64,000 nt of DNA from Candidatus Micrarchaeota archaeon (GCA_030040895.1 JASHSJ010000013.1:57414-121413), one strand, 5' to 3'; counted from the first letter of the stretch, positions 26,160 through 35,598 are shown. Numbers and translations are program-made. The notes: generated by a model not told the origin, from the letters alone.

Positions 26160-26729
26160 ATGATGAAAAGAGAGTCGTCTGACATGAATTCTATGCGCCC
26201 GAAAATAGGAAAAATCTGGTTCGTAGTCGGCTTTGGCACAGGCCTAATACTACTCACGTTGTTCTTTGCCCCCATATTCGAATTTTATTACTCAAGCAAC
26301 TCAAAGACTACAGCTACAACACCCATCCAGAGTAGCAACCAGAGTCTGGATTCGTATTATCCAGTTACAAAAGTTACAGTTCAGAAAGGAACTAGCAACT
26401 ATACATACTACATGTATCTCGCAACAAGCATATCCCAGCAGGAAAGAGGCTACATGAACGTTACATCTTTTGGGGATTGTAGAGGCAATTCTCCGTGCCT
26501 AGGTATGCTATTCTACTTCCAGAACTACACAGCGCTTTGCTTCTGGATGGAGAATACATATATGCCTATGAAGCAAATATGGGCCAATAACACTGGCAGC
26601 GTTACATACGTATACAACGCCACCCCGTTTTCAACAAACACTATATGTGCCTATGGCAGGATGGTTCTGGAAACCCCGTTAAGTCTGAATATAACCCCAG
26701 GGGATAGGGTAATAGCAAACGTAAGCTAA
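26160..26729 (+). CDS. membrane-anchored DUF192-domain protein
   Basis: 189 aa with an N-terminal TM helix and then a DUF192-like core (ATSISQQERGYMNV...GMLFYF...FWMENTYMPM). Eight N-x-S/T sequons. Confidence 0.65.
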   Translation: MMKRESSDMNSMRPKIGKIWFVVGFGTGLILLTLFFAPIFEFYYSSNSKTTATTPIQSSNQSLDSYYPVTKVTVQKGTSNYTYYMYLATSISQQERGYMNVTSFGDCRGNSPCLGMLFYFQNYTALCFWMENTYMPMKQIWANNTGSVTYVYNATPFSTNTICAYGRMVLETPLSLNITPGDRVIANVS

Positions 26730-27103
26730 TCCGTATGTTTTAGCTTGATTGCCTTCTGTGCCGCTCTTAGTGAAAGGGACGCACACTTCATTCTAACTGG
26801 TCCGGGGTCTATACCAAGCATTTCAATAACGTCCTTTGGACCCATTTTCTCAAGTTCTGATATCTTCTTTCCTTTCAATGTATCTGTCAGCATGCTGGCG
26901 CTACCAATACTTATTGCGCATCCAACCCCCTCAAAGGCAACATCAGTTATGGTGGCCCCATCTGTCTTCATGTAAATGGTTATATCATCGCCACAAACTG
27001 GGTTGTAGTCCCTGAAACTGAAGCTAGGGCTTTCCATTCTGCGTTTGTTGTGCGGGTGTTCATAGTGAGAGATTATCTCCTCAGCATATATCTCGGCACC
27101 CAA
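26726..27103 (-). CDS. sufU: SUF-type Fe-S scaffold/sulfur acceptor, SufU/IscU-like
   Basis: 125 aa with NPVCGDDITIY, GVGCAISIGSASM and MKCASLSLRA, the three conserved Cys regions. TTG start 4 nt after the sufS stop. Confidence 0.85.
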   Translation of the reverse strand: MGAEIYAEEIISHYEHPHNKRRMESPSFSFRDYNPVCGDDITIYMKTDGATITDVAFEGVGCAISIGSASMLTDTLKGKKISELEKMGPKDVIEMLGIDPGPVRMKCASLSLRAAQKAIKLKHTD

Positions 27104-27107
27104 AGCA

Positions 27108-28349
27108 TCACTTATGGAAAATTTTCTGAGTTTTCTTTATTGCCTCTACTGCCTTATCCACATCTGTTGTTGTGTTATAGATGTAGAAGCTCATTCTTGT
27201 AACAGCAGGTTTGTTTAGCACTTCTACCACCAGCGGCATTGCACAATGATGGCCGGCTCTTACTGCTATGCCCTCACTATTAAATATCTCTGCCACGTCA
27301 TGCGGATGAATACCTTCAATGTCAAATGATATTGTGCCTGACCTCCTGGGCAGCGAATCACTTCCGTATCCGAACACGCTTACCTTGTCCAGGTCCTCAA
27401 GCTTTTCTAGTGCATATTTCGTAAGGGTTTCTTCATGTTCTCGAACGTTCTTCATGCCTATTTTCTTAAGATAATCTACAGCAGCGCCAAACCCTATGCC
27501 CCCCTCTATGTTTGACGTCCCTGCCTCGAATTTCCATGGTAGATCGTTTGGCGTAAAATCGTAATGCTGCACACTAAGTATCATATCTCCCCCGCCTAGG
27601 AAAGGCGGCATAGCTTCCAATAGGTGCCTTTTCCCATAAAGTATACCTATTCCACTTGGGCCTAGCATCTTGTGGCTAGAGAATGCCATGAAATCGCAGT
27701 CAAGATCCTTTACGTCTACTTCCATGTGTGGTACAGTCTGCGCAGCATCGACTAAAACCACGGCTCCTGCTTCATGAGCCCTTTTTGCTATCCTTTTCAC
27801 GTCTATTATTGTTCCAAGGACGTTTGAGCAATGGCTTATCGACACCAGTTTAGGACTCTTCTTCATCTGTTCCTCAAAGCTGGAATAGTCCAGATCTGTC
27901 TTTTCACTGTTCAACTTTATGTAGTCAAGAATTATTCCCTTCTTCTTCGAAAGGAGAATCCATGGCACTATGTTGCTATGGTGTTCAAGCTCAGATATTA
28001 GGACGTGGTCTCCACCTTTCAGGTTTTTGTCTGCCCATGTTAAAGCAATCAGGTTTATGGATTCTGTAGTATTCCTAGTGTAGATGATCTCCTCTAATCC
28101 ACTTGCATTTATCAACGACGCTATTTTTTTCTTTGATTTCTCATACTTTTCAGTTGCCTCCTCGGATATCTTGTAAACCCCTCGGTGTATGTTTGCATTG
28201 TATTTTTTGTAGTAGCTTGATACCGCAGCTATTACCTTCTTCGGCTTCTGTGATGTTGCAGCACTGTCAAGATACACGAGCGGCTTCCCATTCATAAGAG
28301 TTTTGAAAATCGGGAAGTCCTTCCTTATTTCTTCTGGATTTATAGGCAT
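27108..28349 (-). CDS. sufS: cysteine desulfurase SufS (class V aminotransferase)
   Basis: Motifs YLDSAATSQKP, HHSNIVPW, SSHKMLGPSGIG and RAGHHCAMP. The ORF opens at 28424, but ATG 28349 lies 7 nt after the sufC stop and is preceded by GTGAT. Confidence 0.92.
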   Translation of the reverse strand: MPINPEEIRKDFPIFKTLMNGKPLVYLDSAATSQKPKKVIAAVSSYYKKYNANIHRGVYKISEEATEKYEKSKKKIASLINASGLEEIIYTRNTTESINLIALTWADKNLKGGDHVLISELEHHSNIVPWILLSKKKGIILDYIKLNSEKTDLDYSSFEEQMKKSPKLVSISHCSNVLGTIIDVKRIAKRAHEAGAVVLVDAAQTVPHMEVDVKDLDCDFMAFSSHKMLGPSGIGILYGKRHLLEAMPPFLGGGDMILSVQHYDFTPNDLPWKFEAGTSNIEGGIGFGAAVDYLKKIGMKNVREHEETLTKYALEKLEDLDKVSVFGYGSDSLPRRSGTISFDIEGIHPHDVAEIFNSEGIAVRAGHHCAMPLVVEVLNKPAVTRMSFYIYNTTTDVDKAVEAIKKTQKIFHK

Positions 28350-28356
28350 TCCAAAA

Positions 28357-29097
28357 TCACTTTCCATTATAGAATGATTCATAACCTTCCTTCTCAAGTT
28401 TCTGTATGAGCTCCTTTCCTCCATTAGCTACTATCTTTCCACCCGCCATAACGTGCACGAATTGCGGTTCCATATAGTTGAGGATCCTGCTATAGTGTGT
28501 TATAAGCAACAATCCCATTTTCTGTTTCTTATAGATCTCGCTTATGCTCTGTGCCACAGCCTTTACTGCATCTATATCAAGTCCCGAGTCCGGCTCGTCA
28601 AGTATAGCAAGTTTGGGCTTTAATACAGCCATCTGTAGTATCTCAGCCTTCTTCTTCTCGCCCCCTGAGAATCCCTGGTTCAAAGATCTTCCGATCACGC
28701 CCCCCGCTATTGCCAATTTATCTGTGTAGTCTCTTATCTCCCCCATGAGTTGCTTCATATCAACAGTACTTCCGCTTGTAGATTCGCGTGCAGCCCTCAA
28801 GAAGTTAACAAATCCTACTCCTTCTACTTCCACCGGAGCTTGAAATTCAAGGAAAATGCCGAGTTTCGCTCGCTTGTCTGCCGTTAGATCTTTCACGCTT
28901 TGCCCGTTGAAGATTATGTCGCCTGCTTTTATCTTTGTGCTCGGATGGCCCATGACTGCCTTTGCAAGCGTAGTCTTTCCAGATCCATTGTGTCCCATAA
29001 GAACATGGAACTCCCCATCGTTTATCATCAGGTTGACTCCTTTGACTATGTCTTTTCCTTCTACCTCAACATGAAGATCCTTTATCTCTAGTGCCAT
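28357..29097 (-). CDS. sufC: Fe-S cluster assembly ATPase SufC
   Basis: 246 aa. Walker A GHNGSGKTT, ABC signature FSGGEKKK and Walker B LAILDEPDSGLD. Confidence 0.95.
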   Translation of the reverse strand: MALEIKDLHVEVEGKDIVKGVNLMINDGEFHVLMGHNGSGKTTLAKAVMGHPSTKIKAGDIIFNGQSVKDLTADKRAKLGIFLEFQAPVEVEGVGFVNFLRAARESTSGSTVDMKQLMGEIRDYTDKLAIAGGVIGRSLNQGFSGGEKKKAEILQMAVLKPKLAILDEPDSGLDIDAVKAVAQSISEIYKKQKMGLLLITHYSRILNYMEPQFVHVMAGGKIVANGGKELIQKLEKEGYESFYNGK

Positions 29098-29106
29098 AAA
29101 CTCACA

Positions 29107-29424
29107 TTATTTAACCATAAGACTGCATTCAAAGCTAAGATTTCTGGCGCACATCTTGCACACCACTTTCTGTGATTCGTAAGCCTTGCTTGCAGTTATC
29201 TTGTCAACGAACATGCGAACTTCTTTTTCGTTTAATCTCAATTCGAATTGCTTGACAGTAGAAGAATATCTGCCGCTGAGGTATTTGCTAACTGCAGCCT
29301 GCGTTATACCAAGGAAGCGTGCAATATCTTCTTGCTTTATCTTCTTTTCATCATACATGATTCTAGCTGCACTTGCCCTGAGAGAAGGCATGAATTCTTT
29401 TATCATGTGCTCATATTCTGTCAT
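29107..29424 (-). CDS. HTH transcriptional regulator with C-terminal Cys cluster, embedded in the SUF operon
   Basis: HTH segment KQEDIARFLGITQAAVSKYLSGR. The C-terminus has CKMC-x8-C. ATG 29424 lies 4 nt after the sufD stop. The ORF also opens further upstream at 29463. Confidence 0.65.
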   Translation of the reverse strand: MTEYEHMIKEFMPSLRASAARIMYDEKKIKQEDIARFLGITQAAVSKYLSGRYSSTVKQFELRLNEKEVRMFVDKITASKAYESQKVVCKMCARNLSFECSLMVK

Positions 29425-29428
29425 AGTC

Positions 29429-30742
29429 TCACTGCAGTTCCCTATACTTGTAGTGACCCTCAAAAAGATCTGATTCTTTTGAAGATGTAAACCAAATGTT
29501 GCTTATATCCAGTTTTGGTATGCTTCCGAAGCGACCCATGTTTATTTTTTCATGCACTAGTGAGGCAACAGTGCTCTTCGCTACGGGGCTTTCCATTTTG
29601 GATATTCCAGCAGAGAAGAATCCGGAAACCAAGAGTTTTCTTGCCGTGGCTTTGTCTGTGCCTTTTGACATAAGGTAGAATTCAGATTCTTCATCTATCG
29701 GTGCTGTTGCGGAAGAATGTGTTGCCTTAACATTTGAGTTCTTTATCAACATGCCGGGTATTGAGCTCATGTAAGCGCTCTTGTCAAGCAGAATGCCGCG
29801 CTCGTTGACAAAGGATCTCGAACCCCTGGCGTCAGTATCAACATTCGCAAAACCCTTGAGCAGACATACGGACTTGTCCATGAGTGCTGCCCTTGAGCCA
29901 AGGTCGGATACTGTATCTTGCCCGGAATTGGTTATTATTGTGTTTAGATCAAATTTTTGTTCTTCAGAGCCTATTACTAGCTCTACCACATCATTTCTAG
30001 AAGAATATCCTTCGGCAAGCAACTCGTTCTTGGCTCTTGTATTGAATCCACCATTATAAACATAATTCATTCCAAGCTTTCCATTGTCGGAGGTCTTTGT
30101 CTTAGAGAAATTCAGAACATATGTATTTGCATCTTCATTATGTACAAGGTTTATCTCAGATTTTGAATAAGGCCCAGCTTCTACTTCGTGTAGAACACCG
30201 AGCAAAGACTTCTCCTTTCCGTTGGTCTTGGACGCAAACCATTCGAAAAGGCTGAGTTCAGCGCCTTCTCCTATCTTTACAAGTACCTGTACGCTGGATG
30301 GCGCCATATAGTTTGCGAAAAGCACGTTTAAGCTTGCCTTCTTCTTGGCCGGAACGCTGATGAATATGTATTTCTTTGATGTTGCATGAATGAAAGCCAC
30401 AAGCTTGTCTTCAGAGCTCTTGTACATCTTGCCAGATAGATGCTCTTCTGTTACTTCATCAGAATTAAGCACATTCACGAATTCAGATTCTTTCTCGAAG
30501 AAGTGCCTGGTACTGCCGACCACTAAATCTGGCTTAAAACTTAAGTTCTCTGAGAACAGCTTTGACAAATCTCTAAGGCCTTTTTCCTCCGCATCTCCTC
30601 CATCTCCTGTATCCATCAAGGACTGCCAGAGTTGATCAAGCGGCAATGGCAAGAAATATCTTTTGTATAGTTCGCTCTGCTCCTCCGGCAGTGACTTTGA
30701 TAGCTCTGTTGCTTCCTGATAGAATGATTTATAGTATTCCAA
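29429..30742 (-). CDS. sufD: Fe-S cluster assembly protein SufD
   Basis: 437 aa. The C-terminal beta-helix region resembles the SufB/SufD family (GRAALMDKSVCLLKG...ATHSSATAPIDEE..FYLMSKG). It sits between sufB and sufC. Confidence 0.85.
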   Translation of the reverse strand: MEYYKSFYQEATELSKSLPEEQSELYKRYFLPLPLDQLWQSLMDTGDGGDAEEKGLRDLSKLFSENLSFKPDLVVGSTRHFFEKESEFVNVLNSDEVTEEHLSGKMYKSSEDKLVAFIHATSKKYIFISVPAKKKASLNVLFANYMAPSSVQVLVKIGEGAELSLFEWFASKTNGKEKSLLGVLHEVEAGPYSKSEINLVHNEDANTYVLNFSKTKTSDNGKLGMNYVYNGGFNTRAKNELLAEGYSSRNDVVELVIGSEEQKFDLNTIITNSGQDTVSDLGSRAALMDKSVCLLKGFANVDTDARGSRSFVNERGILLDKSAYMSSIPGMLIKNSNVKATHSSATAPIDEESEFYLMSKGTDKATARKLLVSGFFSAGISKMESPVAKSTVASLVHEKINMGRFGSIPKLDISNIWFTSSKESDLFEGHYKYRELQ

Positions 30743-30758
30743 GAAATTACCGTAAGGA

Positions 30759-32180
30759 TTAGCCGACTCCGCCAGAAGTGTCCAGCTTTATCAGTCTTTT
30801 AAGCTCAATCGAGTATTCCAGAGGAAGAACCTTGGCAAGGTCTTCTATGAAGCCAAGCACGATTGTTGCAATTGCCTCATCCTCACTCATTCCTCTTGAC
30901 ATCATGTAGAACAGTTGCTCGCTTCCAATCTTTCCAACAGTTGCTTCGTGTGTTATTACCGCATCATCCCTGTAAACCTGCATGTATGGATATGTAGCAG
31001 TCTTTGAATGCTCATCAAGAAGCAGAGCATCGCATCTTACATTAGACTTTACACCTGCCGCGTTCTTTGCTATGTGCAGCAGTCCTCTATAAGACGCTAC
31101 TCCAGAGCCCTTTGAAACGCTCTTAGAGACTATTTTTGACGATGTGTTTGGAGCAAGGTGATATATCTTGCCACCGGAATCCTGAGTTTGGCCTTCCCCA
31201 GCAACGGCTATAGAAAGAACTTCTCCTCTTGAACCCTGTTCTTTTAGATAAACAGAAGGATATTTCATGTTGAGCCTGCTTCCTATATTCCCATCGATCC
31301 ATTCTACATGCGCATTTTCATAAGCGAATGCACGTTGCGTGACAAGATTGTAAACATTTTTAGACCAGTTCTGTATTGTTACATACCTTATATGTGCATT
31401 TTTGTGTGCAACCAGTTCCACTACTGCAGAATGTAGCGATGAGCTCATATAGATTGGCGCAGTGCAGCCTTCAATGTAGGTAACATCTGCACCTTCATCA
31501 GCAATTATCAATGTTCTTTCGAACTGTCCTGCCTTCTCAGCATTTATTCTGAAATATGCTTGAAGAGGCATAGCAACTTTTACTCCCTTTGGAACGTATA
31601 TCACAGATCCTCCAGACCAAACTGCGGTGTTAAGTGCAGCAAATTTGTTATCAGATGGCGGTATTATGGTTCCAAAGTACTTTTTCATTATCTCTGGATA
31701 CTTTTTGACTGCGGTGTCGGTATCAGTGAATATGACCCCCTGTTTTTCAAGCTCTTCCTTTACGTGATGGTATACTACCTCTGAATCATACTGCGCCTCA
31801 GCCCCGGCAAAGAACTTCCTCTCGGCTTCTGGTATGCCTAGCTTATCGAATGTTTTCTTTATGTCATCAGGAACGTCTGCCCACGCATCAGTTTTCTGCC
31901 CTCCTGGTCTTAAGTAGTAGTATATGTCATCGTAATCGATATGGCTTAGATCTCCTCCCCACGTTGGAGTTGGTTTATCCTTGAATATTCTGTATCCAGC
32001 TAACCTTTTCTCAAGCATCCATTCCGGCTCCCCCTTTATCTTTGAGATCTCACGGACAGTCTCTTCGCTAAGCCCTTTCTTGGTTATATATTCATACTTA
32101 TGCTCGTCTCTGAAACCATAGAGATCCTTGTACTCACTGCTTTGTTGTTCCAGAACGGCCTTCAAGTTTTCATCTGCCAT
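30759..32180 (-). CDS. sufB: Fe-S cluster assembly protein SufB
   Basis: 473 aa with canonical SufB blocks (WSGGSVIYVPKGV, YIEGCTAP, ITHEATVGKI, QLFYMMSRG). Confidence 0.95.
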   Translation of the reverse strand: MADENLKAVLEQQSSEYKDLYGFRDEHKYEYITKKGLSEETVREISKIKGEPEWMLEKRLAGYRIFKDKPTPTWGGDLSHIDYDDIYYYLRPGGQKTDAWADVPDDIKKTFDKLGIPEAERKFFAGAEAQYDSEVVYHHVKEELEKQGVIFTDTDTAVKKYPEIMKKYFGTIIPPSDNKFAALNTAVWSGGSVIYVPKGVKVAMPLQAYFRINAEKAGQFERTLIIADEGADVTYIEGCTAPIYMSSSLHSAVVELVAHKNAHIRYVTIQNWSKNVYNLVTQRAFAYENAHVEWIDGNIGSRLNMKYPSVYLKEQGSRGEVLSIAVAGEGQTQDSGGKIYHLAPNTSSKIVSKSVSKGSGVASYRGLLHIAKNAAGVKSNVRCDALLLDEHSKTATYPYMQVYRDDAVITHEATVGKIGSEQLFYMMSRGMSEDEAIATIVLGFIEDLAKVLPLEYSIELKRLIKLDTSGGVG

Positions 32181-32369
32181 TAATTCATCTCTTATTCACG
32201 TTAGCGACGGCTAAGCGGAGTATAACTCAGTTATAAATTAAGCTTCCATAATATTTAAATATTCGGGTATAGTTGGGCTGTATTTCCCTCCAAAAATTGC
32301 ATACCTTTAATAAATTGTTATGGTAAGTAGCATTAGTAAAGACGATTTTTCAGCAGTAATGGTGAGTGG

Positions 32370-33995
32370 ATGGCAAAGCACACATTCTCAAACGAGTCTA
32401 CATTCAGGAAGTTTCTTGAACAAGGGAAAGAAGACGAGTTTCATTCACTTTTTGACAATGCTGTACAGGAAGCAAGAAGAGAATTCGGAAAAGCTCATGG
32501 GATATACATAGGCGGGAAGGAGGTGCGAGAAGGGAGCACAATAACTGAGAAGTCACCAATAAACGGCGAAATAATCGGCACTTTCCAGAGGGCGAACAGG
32601 GAGCAGGCAAAAAAGGCCATAAAAGCTGCAAAAGACGCATCCCATTCATGGAGTGCAACGAGTTACAAGGATAGAGCCAGGATGTTCAACAAAGCTGCTG
32701 ATACATTTTCAAAGCATAAATTCAACATATCAGCAATATTGAGTTATGAAAATGGAAAGTCGAGATACGAATCTGTTGGGGAAGTGGATGAAGCAATTGA
32801 CTTCCTTAGATATTATTCCAATGAATTGATTATAAATAAAGGCTTTGCAAGGAAAACAATGATGGAGGAGAGCAAGAGCAAGGTTGGTGCCGGATTTCAG
32901 GGAGCACCATCGGCAAGGAAAGAGAGCGTTACGATAAGGATGGTGCCGTATGGGGTTTTCGGAGTAATAGCCCCGTTCAACTTCCCGGTCTCAATATCAA
33001 CAGGAATGAGCTCAGGGGCAATGATAACAGGAAATACTGTAGTTTTCAAGCCATCATCAACAGATAACATGACGATGCTGACTGGCCTGAAAATATACGA
33101 ATGCTTCAAGGAGGCAGGAATTCCAGATGGGGTTTTTAACTATATAACTGGGCCAGGATCGGAGATCGGAGACGAACTGGTTGTGAACAAAGATGTAGCA
33201 GGCATAGCCTTCACAGGATCAAGGACTATTGGGCTTGGCATGATGGTCAAAGCGTACGGGGCCAATACACCAAAAGCATTCATAGTCGAGATGGGCGGAA
33301 AGAATCCAGCGATAGTTTCAAGATATGCTGACATGGATGATGCGGTTACCGGAGTTGCGAGTGCGGCGTTCGGATTCGATGGACAGAAGTGCAGCGCGTG
33401 CAGCAGAGTTTATGTCCACGAGTCGATAAAAGAGCAGTTCATAAGCAAGCTGATAGAGAAAGCCAGGGGATTCAAGATAGGAAATCCGCTAGAGAAGGAC
33501 GTTTATATAGGTCCGTTAATAGGGGAGAAAGCATATGCAACATACAAGGATGCTGTTGAAAGGGCAAAGGCAAGCGGGAGAGTCCTTTATGGCGGGAAGA
33601 TTGTCAATACCGGACTCAACGGTTATTATGTAGAACCAACCATAATAGAAGTGAGGTCCGACAACGAACTCATGAAGAAGGAACTTTTTGTTCCGATTCT
33701 GGCAGTGCAAGGATACAAGGAATTCGCAGATGCAATAACAGAGGCGAATAGCATTGAATACGGGCTGACAGCTGGATTATATAGCAAGAACACAAAGGAA
33801 ATAAGAGCATTTGAGTCCGCAATAGAAGCTGGAACAGCGTACATAAACAGAGATACAAGCGCAACGACAGGTGCAATAGTTGGACTTCATACTTTCGTAG
33901 GATGGAAAGGCAGCAGCATAGGAGGAAAGGGATCAGGTAGTAAATACTACCTTCCCCAGTTTATGAGGGAGCAGAGCATGTCTTTGACCAAGTAG
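32370..33995 (+). CDS. aldehyde dehydrogenase, probable 1-pyrroline-5-carboxylate dehydrogenase
   Basis: 541 aa with ALDH blocks FKPSS, FTGSRTIG, EMGGKNP and GQKCSACSR. Size and N-terminus resemble RocA-type P5CDH. Confidence 0.85.
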   Translation: MAKHTFSNESTFRKFLEQGKEDEFHSLFDNAVQEARREFGKAHGIYIGGKEVREGSTITEKSPINGEIIGTFQRANREQAKKAIKAAKDASHSWSATSYKDRARMFNKAADTFSKHKFNISAILSYENGKSRYESVGEVDEAIDFLRYYSNELIINKGFARKTMMEESKSKVGAGFQGAPSARKESVTIRMVPYGVFGVIAPFNFPVSISTGMSSGAMITGNTVVFKPSSTDNMTMLTGLKIYECFKEAGIPDGVFNYITGPGSEIGDELVVNKDVAGIAFTGSRTIGLGMMVKAYGANTPKAFIVEMGGKNPAIVSRYADMDDAVTGVASAAFGFDGQKCSACSRVYVHESIKEQFISKLIEKARGFKIGNPLEKDVYIGPLIGEKAYATYKDAVERAKASGRVLYGGKIVNTGLNGYYVEPTIIEVRSDNELMKKELFVPILAVQGYKEFADAITEANSIEYGLTAGLYSKNTKEIRAFESAIEAGTAYINRDTSATTGAIVGLHTFVGWKGSSIGGKGSGSKYYLPQFMREQSMSLTK

Positions 33996-34003
33996 GTATT
34001 AGT

Positions 34004-34402
34004 ATGCTCAAATTCCTGATGCAGATCCAGAAATACGAAAAAAAGAAAATAAGTATAAAAGGCAGGGTTCTTGTTGCACTTGTGGCGGACAATTTCTTGA
34101 AAAAAGCGATAGGGTTAATGTACAGGGAGAGCATTCCAAGTAAAACGTGCATGTTATTTGTATTCCACAGCACTGGAAGACATGGAATCTGGATGAAAAA
34201 CATGAACTTTGCGATTGACATACTTTGGTTGAATGAAAGAAAGAAGATAATTGACATAAATAATGACGTGAGACCAGATGATGGTCTAACACATTTCCCA
34301 AGTGGTAATGCACTCTACGTTCTCGAACTGCCTGCTGGATTTGCAAGAAAGAACAAGGTTAAGTTGGGAGAGGTAGTTCATTGGCCAGTAGCAGCAAGGT
34401 AG
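34004..34402 (+). CDS. DUF192-domain protein
   Basis: 132 aa: ALVADNFLKKAIGLMYR...CMLFVF...IWMKNMNFAIDILWLN...YVLELPAG. This is the second DUF192 paralogue in the window. Confidence 0.7.
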   Translation: MLKFLMQIQKYEKKKISIKGRVLVALVADNFLKKAIGLMYRESIPSKTCMLFVFHSTGRHGIWMKNMNFAIDILWLNERKKIIDINNDVRPDDGLTHFPSGNALYVLELPAGFARKNKVKLGEVVHWPVAAR

Positions 34403-35268
34403 TGGTTTATCCTTCTGGCTTCCCAGCGTGCATATCTTCTTTTTCTTTTTGCAGGAATAATTACTTTTTCTGATATCTCACCACCTGCCTGTTCGATAAG
34501 CCTCGCAGCTTTATGGTGATGCATCCTGCGTGCTATATTGAGCGGATATCTTCCAAGAATATCTCCAATATTTGGATTTGCATGCAGTTCAGCTAGTCTT
34601 TGACCTGCCACTTGGAGGTTATAAAGTGCAACAAGATGCCATGCCGTCTGAAAGTGCCTCTTTGTAGTTCTCGAATCCAGATTAACCTTAAATCTAGTAA
34701 CAGAATCTATTGTTGGGCCATCATTTGTAAGCGTTGCAGTGTGCAGTGGTCTGTTACCCCACATCCAATCAGCAGCTTCCATGTCCGCATTCCTTTGCCC
34801 TAGCATTATTGTAGTATCCGCATGCCTATGTCTTGTTGACATATGTACCCAGGTGTTACCAAACTTGGCGGTCCTGGCATCTATGTTGGCACCGCTGTCA
34901 AGCCAGAACTCGGCTATCTGAGTGCGTCCATACCCGGAAGCAAGAAGTCCAGAAAGATCTTTTGTTCTCTGAGGAAGATCGGGTCCACCAAAGGTCCTAA
35001 CCACACCAGAGAGTCCTGCAAGCGAAGCGACCACTAAAACTCTATCCATTTGGTAAGGCGTAAGCTCGGCTCTTCTTATGCTTGCAATAGCCCTTCTTTC
35101 ATCACCCTTTCCTCTTAACAGCCTGTATATTTCATCAGGAATTTTGCGGATATTGTATGATACTGCCTCATCTACCCGTCTTACACTTAGCCTTGAACTA
35201 TGCGGATCAGAAAGATTGGAAGCACCAGCTGCCCGAACCTCTGGAGCCCTGGCTGACACCCCCTCCAT
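34378..35268 (-). CDS. ankyrin-repeat protein
   Basis: 296 aa. About four 33-35-aa repeats approximate the ANK consensus (GNTWVHMSTRH..., GNRPLHTATLTNDG..., QTAWHLVALYN...HANPNIGD, GRYPLNIARRMHHHKAARLIEQAGG). Basic C-terminal tail. Confidence 0.6.
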   Translation of the reverse strand: MEGVSARAPEVRAAGASNLSDPHSSRLSVRRVDEAVSYNIRKIPDEIYRLLRGKGDERRAIASIRRAELTPYQMDRVLVVASLAGLSGVVRTFGGPDLPQRTKDLSGLLASGYGRTQIAEFWLDSGANIDARTAKFGNTWVHMSTRHRHADTTIMLGQRNADMEAADWMWGNRPLHTATLTNDGPTIDSVTRFKVNLDSRTTKRHFQTAWHLVALYNLQVAGQRLAELHANPNIGDILGRYPLNIARRMHHHKAARLIEQAGGEISEKVIIPAKRKRRYARWEARRINHYLAATGQ

Positions 35269-35337
35269 GTTTGTAGCTTAGGCTATGCTTGTATTTATAA
35301 CCTATCTAAATCAAAGTTCTGGAAAAATAGATAGAAT

Positions 35338-35363
35338 AAAATTAAAAAATAAAAGAAAAAAAA
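35338..35363 (-). terminator. oligo-T terminator (A-tract on plus strand) after the small basic protein gene
   Basis: The minus strand reads T-runs of up to 8, beginning about 10 nt after the TGA stop at 35374-35376. Confidence 0.5.
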
Positions 35364-35373
35364 GAGACAAACA

Positions 35374-35598
35374 TCAGCGTCTTCCTCTCCTGTTCATCTT
35401 GGCTCTTGCTACGTAGCCGCCTTTGTCTATAAAGTAAAGGTAGCCTGTCTCCCTTCTTACCTTTTCGCTCCCCACTTTAGACTTTCTTCCGCCCCTATTT
35501 GTCTTCATAGGTGTTCTCCAGACGAATCCGTCCTTTCCGAGGAAATACAGATATCCGTCTTCTCTACTTAGTCTTTCACTTCCTACTCTTTCTGCCAT
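35374..35598 (-). CDS. small, highly basic protein made of two ~32-aa tandem repeats
   Basis: 74 aa. GSERLSREDGYLYFLGKDGFVWRTPMKTNRGGRK and GSEKVRRETGYLYFIDKGGYVARAKMNRRGRR. 20 K/R against 8 D/E. GGTGA lies 4 nt upstream of the ATG, and a terminator follows. Confidence 0.6.
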   Translation of the reverse strand: MAERVGSERLSREDGYLYFLGKDGFVWRTPMKTNRGGRKSKVGSEKVRRETGYLYFIDKGGYVARAKMNRRGRR

